In this document: positions 30,616 through 40,094 of the stretch, piece by piece
Layout of the letters: the number at the start of each line of letters is the position of its first letter
How positions within the stretch are numbered: the stretch's first letter is position 1
Assembly (NCBI GenBank): GCA_000092065.1
Contig: CP000597.1
Source: Ostreococcus lucimarinus
Taxonomy: Eukaryota
DNA length: 64,000 nucleotides
Direction: 5' to 3' (one strand)
Notes under the pieces: model-generated
Database searches by the model: none
Told to the model about the DNA's origin: nothing
What the model saw: the letters and a program-made list of their open reading frames with translations, nothing else
Program-made: the position numbers and the translations under genes

Positions 30616-30815
30616 GGGCTCGGACGATCGGATTGGGACTCGGAACGACGCGCGCGCGCGTCGTTTTCGCGTCGTTCGCGCGTTCGTTGTCGCACATTTT
30701 TCTCGCTCGCGCGTCGTTCTTGTAATGCGCCGACGCGACGCCTCGCCGCGTAACGCGACGCTCGAACGACGCGCGTCGATACGCGAGTCGCGCGCCCGGA
30801 CGCGCGATCGCGAGT

Positions 30816-31205
30816 ATGGTCTTCTCCACCGTCGCGTCCGTCGCGAGGCGCGCGATGACGTCCGCGCTCGCCGGGACGTCGAAAACGGCGCCGAGTGCGA
30901 TCGCCGCCCCGTTCGCGCTCGCGAGCGCGAGCGCGCTCGCGAACGCGCGTCAGCCGTCGATCGCGACGCGGCCGATGATCACCATCCCAGTCGAGCGTGG
31001 GGACGCCGAACGGGCGTATAAACGACTGCGGAGGATCATGATGAGCGAAGGGATTTATAAAGATTTGCGCGCGAGCACCGAGGGGCATCGAAAGCCGTCG
31101 CAGTTGCGCGTGTTGGCGCGGAAAGAGCGCGAACGGCGGACGAAGCGGAGCAAGTTGAACTCTAAGCTCGGATGGATCATGCGTCAGAAGGAGCGTGGGT
31201 TTTAG
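30816..31205 (+). CDS. organellar (bacterial-type) ribosomal protein S21 (bS21) with N-terminal presequence
   Basis: ITIPVERGDAERAYKRLRRIMMSEGIYKDLRASTEGHRKPSQLRVLARKERERRTKRSKL matches the bS21 core (VxVxxNESxExALRRFKR...GxxxExRRRxxYEKP...RK). Confidence 0.7.
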   Translation: MVFSTVASVARRAMTSALAGTSKTAPSAIAAPFALASASALANARQPSIATRPMITIPVERGDAERAYKRLRRIMMSEGIYKDLRASTEGHRKPSQLRVLARKERERRTKRSKLNSKLGWIMRQKERGF

Positions 31206-31366
31206 GAGGTTGGTCATCGTCGACGAAGCGGCGGCGGCGGCTTTGCGAGGTTTTACTTTAGCGTTAGAGTTGTTTTGTGACGACGGATGGTTCAGGATTG
31301 TGAATGAAAATAAGCGTCTGGGCAACAATTACACCACCAACTACACACGGTAAAGCTACATCGAAT

Positions 31367-31771
31367 CTAATCCTCGCACGCCGGGTCTTTCGCCATCTCG
31401 CTGCCCGGCGCGAAGAGCACCGCGCTCTTGTCCACGATGCCGACCAACAATCCCTCGAATCCACTCGTCTCTTTCTTCGTCGTGAACACGCTGGCGGATG
31501 AATTCTCGCTGATATCGTCCCCATCCGCGGCCATGGCGTCGCACTCATCGCTACAAGCGTCCGCACAGTACCCGTCGCTGCCGGGCGCGATGCGCAGGCA
31601 CTCCTTCACGCACTTGCTCTGACAAAACTGCGTGTCCGCCGCGGCCACGCTCGCGCCGACGTTCGTCGCCGAGACGGCGGCGAACACCATCGCCGACACG
31701 GCGAACGCAAATCGTCGCTCGCGCGCGGTATCGGTCGAGGCGGACGACCGGGACACGGCGGAGGGAGTCAT
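31367..31771 (-). CDS. small secreted/Cys-rich hypothetical protein (signal-like FAFAVSAMVFAAVSA, then CQSKCVKECLRIAPGSDGYCADACSDECD)
   Basis: Start chosen at MTPSAV within ORF 31367..31924 and lacks direct support; composition otherwise protein-like. Confidence 0.35.
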   Translation of the reverse strand: MTPSAVSRSSASTDTARERRFAFAVSAMVFAAVSATNVGASVAAADTQFCQSKCVKECLRIAPGSDGYCADACSDECDAMAADGDDISENSSASVFTTKKETSGFEGLLVGIVDKSAVLFAPGSEMAKDPACED

Positions 31772-32067
31772 CCTATCCACTCGAGAAGCGCGACTTTGGC
31801 GTTCGTTCGCTCGGCGCGGCGTCGCCGGGAGCGTCGGTCGGCGGGTGGTGTGGGCGAGCGTCATTACACACGCCGTGCTCGCGCGTTCAAGGGCGACGAA
31901 GGCGTCGGGAAGTGAGGTAAACAAAATTTTGTTGTTGGAAGTTTACATGAGGTGTCCGAAGTATTAATTTCTAGAACTGTCGAGAGAGACGGACGCTCTC
32001 GGCGGTGGGGTTTCTATTCGAGCGATCATCGATTGGTTATCCTGAACGCGTCACGTCACTTAACATC

Positions 32068-34023
32068 CTATTTCCTGCCGTGCTCGAAGGTGAAGCGCTC
32101 GCCGACGCCGCCCGAGACCTCTCGCGCGTTCATCGCGTCCACGCTGCTCATATCCGGGATGCTCGATAGACGTTTTGCTTTTGGCTCTTGGAGGGACTTC
32201 CGATGGTTTTCCGCAGCGACTGACTTCGTGGACAAAGGGAAGAAAAACGGATGCGCCAATGCCTGCTCCGGGGTGATGCGCTTACTGGCGTCGAGGGTGA
32301 CCATTCGAGAAATCAGCGCAAGTAAGACTTCGTGCTCTTCATCGAATCTACCGTCTTCTCTCGACATCCCCGCCGCGGCGTGCATCTTTTCCCTATGCTC
32401 TACGGATTCCATAGGATCATCGACATCGTCCATCGCGGCTTGTGCTTGCGCCGACACCGAACCGCGCTTGGCGAGTTCGTCATACAAAACCTTGGCCAGC
32501 GGTCGCGAACCGGGCGCGGGGACAGAGGAGTCGGATTTCTGCGCCGCGCGCAGCGCCTCTGGTGAAGGTTCTATACCACCATCCTCGTCAAAATATCTCG
32601 CCCGGTACTCGGTAGGAATCCTGTCGAACATCGATCGCGGTACTCGCCCTAAAGTCGCCTCGATTCGACACAATTGATCGTGCTCGCTCCAACCCGTAAA
32701 GAGCGGCTTGCCGGTGCGAAGTTCGTACATCATGCACCCGGCGCTCCACATATCGATCGCAGGACCGTACTGCATTCCTAGCATAACTTCTGGTGCGCGA
32801 TAAAATCTTGACTGCACGTATGAAAACTGTTGCTTGCCACACTTGCACGCGCTACCGAAATCGATGAGCTTCACCGCGCTTCGCTCTGGGTGACAGAGCA
32901 ACACGTTTTCAGGCTTGATGTCGCAGTGAATGATGCCGAGCGATTTCGTGTACTCTAGCGCGCGCATGATTTGAATCGCAAACTTTCGCACGAGCTTGAT
33001 CGAAACTCCGCTGAGGTTGGTGACGCGAAGCAAGTCGTACAGGGAGTGTGACATGATTTCAAACACCAAGCACTGGTAGCCCCCGCCGAGTTTTTCCGTC
33101 TGGTGCATAAAGACGTCCAGCAAGCGCACACACGCGTCTTTTCCCGGCAAATTCATCGCGTGAACGTCTTCGAGTGACATTTCCAGCTTTTCGTCCACTG
33201 ATTCTCCGCCAGTCTCTCGCAAAAACGCAATCTCCTGAGCCACCGCGGCGTCGGCGCGCTGCGAACGTTCGATCACCTTGATGGCTACGTGTTTGTCCTC
33301 CGCCAAATCGTACGCCAAGACGACTTTCCCGAACGACCCGCGTCCTAAAACTTTATCTAATAAGTACCTATCGTGCACCACCTCTCTCGAATTCCCCGCC
33401 GGTCGCTTCGTCGGCGACACCCACGGCTCGGTGGCTGAAGTCTCGCTCACGCGCACGCCCTCGCGCGACGGACTCGACGGCGGCGATACCTCGTGACTCA
33501 ACCGTCTTCGCGCCTCTAACGCATCGTAGTAGTTGCTATTGATCGACATATAAGTCGTCGTGAGCCCAACCGTGAGCGCTCGCGCTGGATTCACGTTTTG
33601 CGTAAACGTCTCTCCCGAAAGCAATCGCGCCTCGCCGCCCCCCTTCCCCTCGTCCCGTCGCGTCGTCGTCTCCCGCGCCGTCGTCGACCGCTCGCCCGTC
33701 GCAAAACTCACGCTCGCCCTTCCCTCGAGATCCATCGCCTCCGCCGCGCGCTCGACGCTCGCATCGGTGAACCGCGTCATGCGGAACGTCTCGACAATCA
33801 ACGACTGAATGCTCGCGAATGTGCGCTCGAATGCCCCCTCGTCGTTCGCGTCGTCGCGACTCCCGCCGCGTTTTCGCGCGCGCGCGCCTCCTCGCGCCGT
33901 CGCTCGCGCGCTCCCGCGCGCCGATCCGACGACGCGCGTCGACGCGCGCGGCGCGCTCTCGCGTCCGCGCGACGCGGGACGCCGACGTGGCGTGCGACCG
34001 ACCGCGCGCGCGATGAAGATCAC
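32068..34023 (-). CDS. DYRK-family dual-specificity protein kinase
   Basis: YLLDKVLGRGSFGKVVLAYD...HVAIKVI, HCDIKPENVLL, DFGSAC, activation-loop YVQSRFYRAPEV (DYRK signature YxQSRFYRxPEV), DMWSAGCMMYEL. Confidence 0.85.
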   Translation of the reverse strand: MIFIARAVGRTPRRRPASRGRESAPRASTRVVGSARGSARATARGGARARKRGGSRDDANDEGAFERTFASIQSLIVETFRMTRFTDASVERAAEAMDLEGRASVSFATGERSTTARETTTRRDEGKGGGEARLLSGETFTQNVNPARALTVGLTTTYMSINSNYYDALEARRRLSHEVSPPSSPSREGVRVSETSATEPWVSPTKRPAGNSREVVHDRYLLDKVLGRGSFGKVVLAYDLAEDKHVAIKVIERSQRADAAVAQEIAFLRETGGESVDEKLEMSLEDVHAMNLPGKDACVRLLDVFMHQTEKLGGGYQCLVFEIMSHSLYDLLRVTNLSGVSIKLVRKFAIQIMRALEYTKSLGIIHCDIKPENVLLCHPERSAVKLIDFGSACKCGKQQFSYVQSRFYRAPEVMLGMQYGPAIDMWSAGCMMYELRTGKPLFTGWSEHDQLCRIEATLGRVPRSMFDRIPTEYRARYFDEDGGIEPSPEALRAAQKSDSSVPAPGSRPLAKVLYDELAKRGSVSAQAQAAMDDVDDPMESVEHREKMHAAAGMSREDGRFDEEHEVLLALISRMVTLDASKRITPEQALAHPFFFPLSTKSVAAENHRKSLQEPKAKRLSSIPDMSSVDAMNAREVSGGVGERFTFEHGRK

Positions 34024-34246
34024 GTAGAAAGCGTGCGGTTTTGTTAGAAATCTGAAGAGTAAAGTATGAAGTATAGCTTCCCCTAGTTAACCTACAGGGA
34101 CTCATTGACGAGTTAACACTCATGAATCAACTAATCAATCATACTAGCTCGCAGGTTTCGCCGATGTGAAGTTTTATGATTCACGAAAAAGTCGGACAAA
34201 AGATTCGTTCCCGCGCATTTTCGCGACTCGAGGGGTGACTAAGGCT

Positions 34247-34291
34247 GGCTATCGGCTATCGGCTATCGGCTATCGGCTATCGGCTATTGGC
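34247..34291. repeat. heptanucleotide microsatellite (GGCTATC)6 plus a degenerate unit. On the minus strand it begins with, and supplies, the TAG stop codon of the gene 34284..35894
   Basis: direct reading of 34247-34291. Confidence 0.9.
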
Positions 34292-35894
34292 TGTGGCTAC
34301 GGGCCGCGGCCCACATCGTGAACACCTCGCTCGGTTCGCCGAAATCTTTGGAGACGAACCCGGAGACGGCGGTCGGGGAGACGGAACCGCAAAACAGCAG
34401 GCGACCGCCGGGCCAGGGGTTGCCGGCGTACCGGCCGCGTAAGACCACGCGGGGAGGGCAGACGGGGACGGAACCGTCGCGCGCGTCGGAATCGTCGATG
34501 ACGTAGACGATGCCCTTGAGTTCAGCCTTGCCCAAGCCGTCTTCGAGGTGCGCGGTGATGGTTCGCGAAGAACGCGCGTCGACGTCGTCGTCGTCGGACG
34601 CGCGCGCGACGGCGTGCCAACCGCCCCGGTGAGCGCGGTCTCGAGTCGACACGAGGGGCTGGTAGTCGGGAGGAATCAAGAGCTTGAGCTTGAAGACGAC
34701 GGCGTCCTTCGGGTCGTACCTCGGGTCGGTTGGGTGAAGCGTGTTCGCGTAGAGACGTGGAACGTCGAACGCGTATCGAAATCCCCGGTAATTCCCATCC
34801 ATCGCGTTCGCCGTCGTCGGCGCGTCTGAAACGAGCGCGCGACGCTCGAGATCGCCCGTCGGACGGCCGCCGTGCGGATACGGACCGCCGCCGATGCGAG
34901 TGGGAGGGCATAAGTGGAACCCGTCGCTCGTAAACATCGCCGATAAAAGCGGGATCACGTGACACAGCTCGTGCGCCATTCCATAACTGTTCGATGCCCA
35001 CATCGCCGTGCGCGCGAGAGTCCAGTCCTGCGATGGACTTCCACTGCCGATCTTCATTAAATTTCCCACGACCTTCTCATTCTTCTTCCTCTTCAGTGAT
35101 ATTTGAGCCTCCATAGCGCGCGTAGAGTACGCCGACAGAACTTCGCACATCGCCGGAACGAGCCCTTTAAACCGAGCTTCAATCGCACTCAACATGTCTT
35201 CGCGCGTTCCGTTTTTCCATAACCGACGCAGGCCAGGGTCTTTCACCAACAGTTCTCGAATCAATAGCGGAATTATCGGCTTCGCTCGGTCGTCGAAAAC
35301 CGCGTCGTAGTCGTCCGACGGCCTCGTTCCGCGGGCTCCGGATTCCGAATCGCCGTCGGGATCGTCATAATCGCAGTGCGTCGGCGCCCAAGGCAGCGGT
35401 GGTACGGTCAACGCCTCGACCAAGCCCGCAAAGTTTTCGCGCTCGCTTTCGCGCGCCCGATCGAAATCGACCCCCCTCTCCCGCTCCGCCCGCTCGCTCT
35501 CGCGCTCCGGCTCGCGCGTTCTCGTCAGACACGCGACTTTCAACGCGTACTCGTACGCGCGCGCGTCGTCCCCGAGCTCTCGAAACGACGCTCCGACGTC
35601 GTCGGCTCGCGCCGTCGCCGCCGCCGTCGTCGCGCACGTCTTCAGGAACACCCCTCGCATCGTCCGTCGCGTCGACGTCGTCCCGTCCGCGCGTCCCGGA
35701 TGCCTCGCCAGCGCGCCTCGGCACGCGCGCGCCATCCTTCGCTCGTAGTGCGCGTCGTCGTCCGTCGCCGCGTCCGCGTACGCGCCGCATCGCGAGAACG
35801 CCGCGATCGTTCGCGCGTCCATCCACGGCAGGACGCAGTCCGCGAACACGCGCGTCGGGACGACGTCCTCGAGCGTCGTCGCGTCGCCCGTCAT
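34284..35894 (-). CDS. hypothetical protein with an F-box-like N-terminus (LEDVVPTRVFADCVLPWMDARTIAAFSRC) and an HExxH motif (MAHELCH)
   Basis: 1.6 kb codon-biased ORF. Motifs read directly; no family assignment. Confidence 0.5.
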   Translation of the reverse strand: MTGDATTLEDVVPTRVFADCVLPWMDARTIAAFSRCGAYADAATDDDAHYERRMARACRGALARHPGRADGTTSTRRTMRGVFLKTCATTAAATARADDVGASFRELGDDARAYEYALKVACLTRTREPERESERAERERGVDFDRARESERENFAGLVEALTVPPLPWAPTHCDYDDPDGDSESGARGTRPSDDYDAVFDDRAKPIIPLLIRELLVKDPGLRRLWKNGTREDMLSAIEARFKGLVPAMCEVLSAYSTRAMEAQISLKRKKNEKVVGNLMKIGSGSPSQDWTLARTAMWASNSYGMAHELCHVIPLLSAMFTSDGFHLCPPTRIGGGPYPHGGRPTGDLERRALVSDAPTTANAMDGNYRGFRYAFDVPRLYANTLHPTDPRYDPKDAVVFKLKLLIPPDYQPLVSTRDRAHRGGWHAVARASDDDDVDARSSRTITAHLEDGLGKAELKGIVYVIDDSDARDGSVPVCPPRVVLRGRYAGNPWPGGRLLFCGSVSPTAVSGFVSKDFGEPSEVFTMWAAARSHSQ

Positions 35895-36030
35895 CGCGCG
35901 TCATCGAGTGGCGCCGCATCGCGAGGCGTCTGCGCGCGGCATCGCGCGACGCATGGCGCCGCGCGCCGCGAGCGACGCGCCGGCGCTGCCGTGCGCCGCG
36001 CGCGACGCGCGGTCGTCGCGAAGGCGGACG

Positions 36031-37200
36031 ATGTCGCGAAAGTGGGACCGATTCGCGTCGCGCGGCGACCCGACGCCGCTGTGGGTGGCGGACATGGATT
36101 TCAGCGCCCCGCGCGCGGTCGTCGACGCGGTGACGGCGATCGCGCGCGCGGGGCACTACGGGTACGCCGATCCGGACGATGCGGTGACGGAGGCGGCGAC
36201 GGCGCGGTTTCGGGAGCGGCACGGCGTCGCGGACGCGAACGCGAACGCCCTGCGATGGCTTCCGGGACTGAATCCGGGACTCAATCACGCCGTGCGCGCG
36301 GCGCGTCGCGCGCGGGGGGGACGAGCGGTCGTCACGGCGGTGTGCACGCCGATTTATCCACCGTTTTTGCACGCGTCGAGGAACGACGAAAGCGCGAGAG
36401 TCGAGGTGGCGCTGAGGCGAGCGATCGAAGACGGACGCGCGCGGTACTCGATCGATTGGGAAGCGCTCGAAACCGCGCTGGCGAGAGAAGACGTCGGGTT
36501 GCTGCTGTGGTGCAATCCGCACAACCCGGTGGGACGGGTGTGGACGAGGGACGAGATGGTTCGCGTCGCGAGGCTGTGCGTAAAGCACGACGTCGTTTTG
36601 TGCTCGGATGAAGTGTGGCGGGAGTTGATTTTGGACGAAAAGGCGACGCCATTTTGCGGCGCGGGCTCGATTTTGGACGAAGTCGACGGTTTGCGCGAGC
36701 GATTGATCATCATGACGTCGCCTTCGAAGACGTACAACGTCGCGGGGTGCGACGTCGCGATGGCGTACATCGCCGATAAAGCTCTGCGGCTGCACTTCGC
36801 GCGCGCTGGCTCGGATAAAGCCGAAATCACGCCTTTTGGCTACGCCGCGACGCTGGCGGCTTACACAGATCCCTCGTGCGAAGAGTGGCGGCAGCGCCTT
36901 TTGACGTACTTGCGAGCGAATCGCGACCACATCGACGCCGCGCTCTCAGACGACGCCAACGCGCGTGAGCTCATGACTTGGACAGTACCTGACGCGTCGT
37001 ATTTGATGTGGCTCAACTGTGAAAAACTCGTCGATCGCGTCGAGCGATCGCCGTTCGAGCATTTCATCGAACACGGCGTGGCGTTGAGCGACGGCGCTCC
37101 GTTCTCGGCGCCGCTCAGCGCGCGCATCAACTTCGCCACGAGGCGCGATATCTTAGATCAAGGTCTCGACAGCATCGTGACCGCACTCGAGCGGGCGTAA
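36031..37200 (+). CDS. PatB/MalY-type C-S lyase (cystathionine beta-lyase-like, class I/II aminotransferase fold)
   Basis: ...PLWVADMDFSAPRAVVDAV...GHYGY...NPHNPVGRVWTRDEM...SPSKTYNVAGCDVAMAYI... The LPxWVAxMDF start and SxSKT(F/Y)N(L/I)AG Lys region are typical of MalY/PatB. Start set at ATG 36031 (MSRKWDRF). ORF-track start 35908 would leave only 13 bp to the divergent gene ending at 35894. Confidence 0.7.
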   Translation: MSRKWDRFASRGDPTPLWVADMDFSAPRAVVDAVTAIARAGHYGYADPDDAVTEAATARFRERHGVADANANALRWLPGLNPGLNHAVRAARRARGGRAVVTAVCTPIYPPFLHASRNDESARVEVALRRAIEDGRARYSIDWEALETALAREDVGLLLWCNPHNPVGRVWTRDEMVRVARLCVKHDVVLCSDEVWRELILDEKATPFCGAGSILDEVDGLRERLIIMTSPSKTYNVAGCDVAMAYIADKALRLHFARAGSDKAEITPFGYAATLAAYTDPSCEEWRQRLLTYLRANRDHIDAALSDDANARELMTWTVPDASYLMWLNCEKLVDRVERSPFEHFIEHGVALSDGAPFSAPLSARINFATRRDILDQGLDSIVTALERA

Positions 37201-37261
37201 TATCGAACTGAATCGAATTGAATTGTAACTTACATGCATTGATACCTTCCTATACAGGCGA

Positions 37262-38008
37262 CTACGACTTTTGCGGTTCTCGCAAAGTATTCGGTTGCGC
37301 CCTGGGCGCGATTCGTCCCTTACTCGCCTTCTTCGACGCCTCCGCGCGTATGCGCTCTAATTTCTGCCTCGGTGTCTCCGGTGCCTTGGTCAAAGGCGAC
37401 GATTTTGGATTTTCTTTCGTGTACCGCACCACACGCTCGTCCTCCTTTCCGCCGAGCGTGATAATTTTTTCCTTTTCATACGTCAATTTCTTCTTCCCAT
37501 ACCTCTCCCTTTGCATCTTATCCGCGTACGGTCTCGGCAACCCGCTCCTCGTCATCCACTTATAATTCTTCCCGAGCGCCTCCATCCGTCGTTTCGCCGC
37601 CGCCGTCTGATGAAACGTATTCCACGCGTAAAACGCCAAGCCCGCCGCGCCGACGAGCAACAGCACCACCAGCAGCACCCTTCGCAATCGATCGCGTTTC
37701 ATCTTCGCCCTGCGGCTTCGAAACCACGCGTTCACCGCTTGTTCCGTCGTACCGATCTGTTTCGCCAGCCTCCGTCGCGTCGCCGCGTCGGGTCGTCGTT
37801 CGAGTTCGAAGACGCCGCGCAGAATCTCCGCGCCGGCGTCGCTCACCCCCGTTTGCCGCGCCTTCGCCTCATCCAGCGCGCGCGCCATCGTTCGTCGCCG
37901 AAGCGTCGACGCGCTCGAGGACGACACCGTCGACGCGCCGGTCTCGCTCGACGTCGCGCTCGAGCGAGCGACGCGCGCGTCGTCACCGAAACTCTCCCGT
38001 CGCGACAT
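37262..38008 (-). CDS. small homeobox-domain protein with a C-terminal transmembrane helix
   Basis: ...AEILRGVFELERRPDAATRRRLAKQIGTTEQAVNAWFRSRRAKMKR fits homeodomain helices 1-3 (third helix WFxNRRxKxK), followed by VLLVVLLLVGAAGLAFYAW. The rest of ORF 37262..38797 upstream of Met 38008 is Arg/Ser-rich low complexity. Confidence 0.5.
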   Translation of the reverse strand: MSRRESFGDDARVARSSATSSETGASTVSSSSASTLRRRTMARALDEAKARQTGVSDAGAEILRGVFELERRPDAATRRRLAKQIGTTEQAVNAWFRSRRAKMKRDRLRRVLLVVLLLVGAAGLAFYAWNTFHQTAAAKRRMEALGKNYKWMTRSGLPRPYADKMQRERYGKKKLTYEKEKIITLGGKEDERVVRYTKENPKSSPLTKAPETPRQKLERIRAEASKKASKGRIAPRAQPNTLREPQKS

Positions 38009-38316
38009 CGCGGTCGCGCGCGCGATCGCTCGCTCGCTCGCGCGCGCGCGCGAGTCGCTCGAACGACGCGTCGCGCGTCTCCGTCGCTCGTCGCGCGCCG
38101 ATCGCGATCGCGCGCGTCCCGGGCGACGACGTGTGGCGTCGCGTCGCGCGCGGCCGCGCGTCCATCTTCGCCGCCCGCCGCACTGCGCGTCGCGCGAAAG
38201 CGCTCGATCGCGACGCGCGCGCGCGGAATCGCGAGACGAACGCCTCGCGCGCCCGCTCGACGCCGCGATCGATCGCGTCGACCGTCGCGACGCGCGAGAG
38301 CGACGGAATCGTGACG

Positions 38317-39159
38317 ATGCGCGCCGACGCCTCGATCGCGGCGTCGCGACGATTCTTCGTCGTCGCGTTCGCGCTCGCGTGCGCGCTCGCGGGCGTCGCG
38401 CGCGCGCGCGCGTACGGCTACGATCCGTGCGCGTCGTCCGGCGAGCGCGGGATCGAGATCGCGGGCGCGGTGACGATCGGGTTGGCGTTTTGGCCCGGCG
38501 GCGCGCTCGAGCGCTGGGACGGGTATCACCCGTGCGCGCAGAGGGCGCAGCTCGCGGCGCTGGGCGTCGGAACGACGTCGTTCGTGATAAACAGCGCGGA
38601 GCTGACGGCGCTGCGAGGCACGCGGGCGGACGAGGATGGGCTGTACGCGACGAACGCGAGCGCGACGATGATGTCCGTCGTCGCGTACACGGCGACGCGG
38701 GTGAGCGCGCCGAGAGCGGTGCGGTTGGAGGCGGCGGAGCCGACGAACGCGAACGGACGAAGCGGTCGGGTGAACGCGCTGACGCTGTTAGTGACATTAG
38801 ACGGTGGGGACGTGAAGTATTTGCGTTGGCACGACGGCGGGTGCGGAGCGTGCGGCGGCGTCGGGGACGCGCGGTGCTTGTCCGTGGGCGACGGCGACGT
38901 CGCGTGCTCGGCGTCGTTGGCGGGATGCGATGGCACGTGCTCGGGCTCGGCGTGCGACGTGGATTTAGCCACCGCAGATGCGTTGCGGTGTCAGCTCACG
39001 GTGACGGTGGCGACGAGCGGGACGGATAAAAACGACGAAGTCTTCGTCTTGGGTAGCCAGCTCGAGCGGCTTTCAATGTACGCGAGCTCGGGGGCGTACG
39101 CGAGCGCCTCGGCGCAGTCCACGGCGGCGGTGACGGGAGTGACGGGATTCCTCGGTTGA
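38317..39159 (+). CDS. secreted/cell-surface Cys-rich hypothetical protein (signal peptide MRADASIAASRRFFVVAFALACALAGVARA)
   Basis: Codon-biased part of ORF 38131..39159 starting at ATG 38317. About 14 Cys and a hydrophobic C-terminal end. Confidence 0.45.
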   Translation: MRADASIAASRRFFVVAFALACALAGVARARAYGYDPCASSGERGIEIAGAVTIGLAFWPGGALERWDGYHPCAQRAQLAALGVGTTSFVINSAELTALRGTRADEDGLYATNASATMMSVVAYTATRVSAPRAVRLEAAEPTNANGRSGRVNALTLLVTLDGGDVKYLRWHDGGCGACGGVGDARCLSVGDGDVACSASLAGCDGTCSGSACDVDLATADALRCQLTVTVATSGTDKNDEVFVLGSQLERLSMYASSGAYASASAQSTAAVTGVTGFLG

Positions 39160-39220
39160 GCGTTTTGAGCGTTTGTTCGCGAAAATCTAACGCGTCTTGT
39201 TACACGGTTTGTTCTTTCTT

Positions 39221-39929
39221 CTATAACGACAGGTCGCCGGCGAGAATGTCGGCCAGTTTTTCCAAACGCTCCTCCTCCTTTAACGCCAACGCGTCGTCGT
39301 ACAACGCGGCTATGCGCGCCTGCACCACGCCCTCGCCCATCGCGCTCGGCGACTCGGCCGCGTCGTCGCCGAGCAGCCCGTTTGCCACCGCCAGCGCCTC
39401 GACGTCCTCGCGCGTCCTCGTCGTCGTCGTCGCCCGCATCTCTCTCCCCAAATCACTCTCTTCCCCTAAACTCTTCAGTTCCAACACGTCCCACATCGTC
39501 GCTTCCAACGCCGCTATCGTCCTTCGAACGCCGTGCGCGTCCTCGTCCTTCGCCGCGTCCCTCGTCAGCGCCTCGTCCGCCGCCGCGTCGTCCAACCGCA
39601 CCTCCACCACCTCAAACATCCGATCCAGCGCCCACGCCCGCACGTCTTCGGGCACGCCCGTCTCGCGCGCCTCGCTCACGTCGTACGCCACGATCCGCGC
39701 GTCGACGCCCTCGAACGCTTCCGTCGCGTCCTCGTCGTCTCGCGCGTCCCGCTCGAGCGCGTCCCGCCCGCGCGCGAACTCCTCCGCGCTCCCGCACGCC
39801 AGCACCACCGCGCGCGCGCGTCCACGACGCGCGCGCGACGCACTCTCGCGTTTCTCGCCCGCCGTCGCGTCGTCGACGACGCGCGCGCGCACGTCGGCGA
39901 CGTAATACTTCGTGTCCAGCGTCCAGCGT

Positions 39930-39963
<34 letters not shown>

Positions 39964-40042
39964 GCGCGCCGAGCGTCGCGCGCACGGCGTCGACGTACGC
40001 CATCGCGCGCGCGCCGTACACGTCGCACGCGTTGGCGCGCAT
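39221..40042 (-). CDS. alpha- and gamma-adaptin-binding protein p34 (AAGAB) homologue
   Basis: WTLDTKYYVADVRARVV (cf. WTIDNKYYSADINLCVV), acidic region, DRMFEVVEV (cf. HGFELVEL) and C-terminal KEEERLEKLADIL. Start taken at the internal Met (MRANACDVY) because the first Met of the ORF (40096) would overlap the divergent SelO start. Confidence 0.55.
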
Positions 40043-40094
40043 GCTCGCGCGCGACGCGTCGGCGCGCGTCGCTGTGCCGCACTGCGGGACGCGC

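Noticed and set aside
34247-34291. Tandem repeats (34247, 48851, 50618, 58440-58480) as CRISPR arrays
   Set aside because: Units are 7-13 bp perfect tandem copies without spacers. The context is eukaryotic, so they are microsatellites or minisatellites.
39912-40094. SelO starting at the first Met of ORF 39912 ([16 protein letters not shown]...)
   Set aside because: That segment is poly-Ser/Arg and overlaps the divergent AAGAB coding region on the other strand. Met 40095 (or 40239) gives a plausible presequence followed by the conserved SelO N-terminus.
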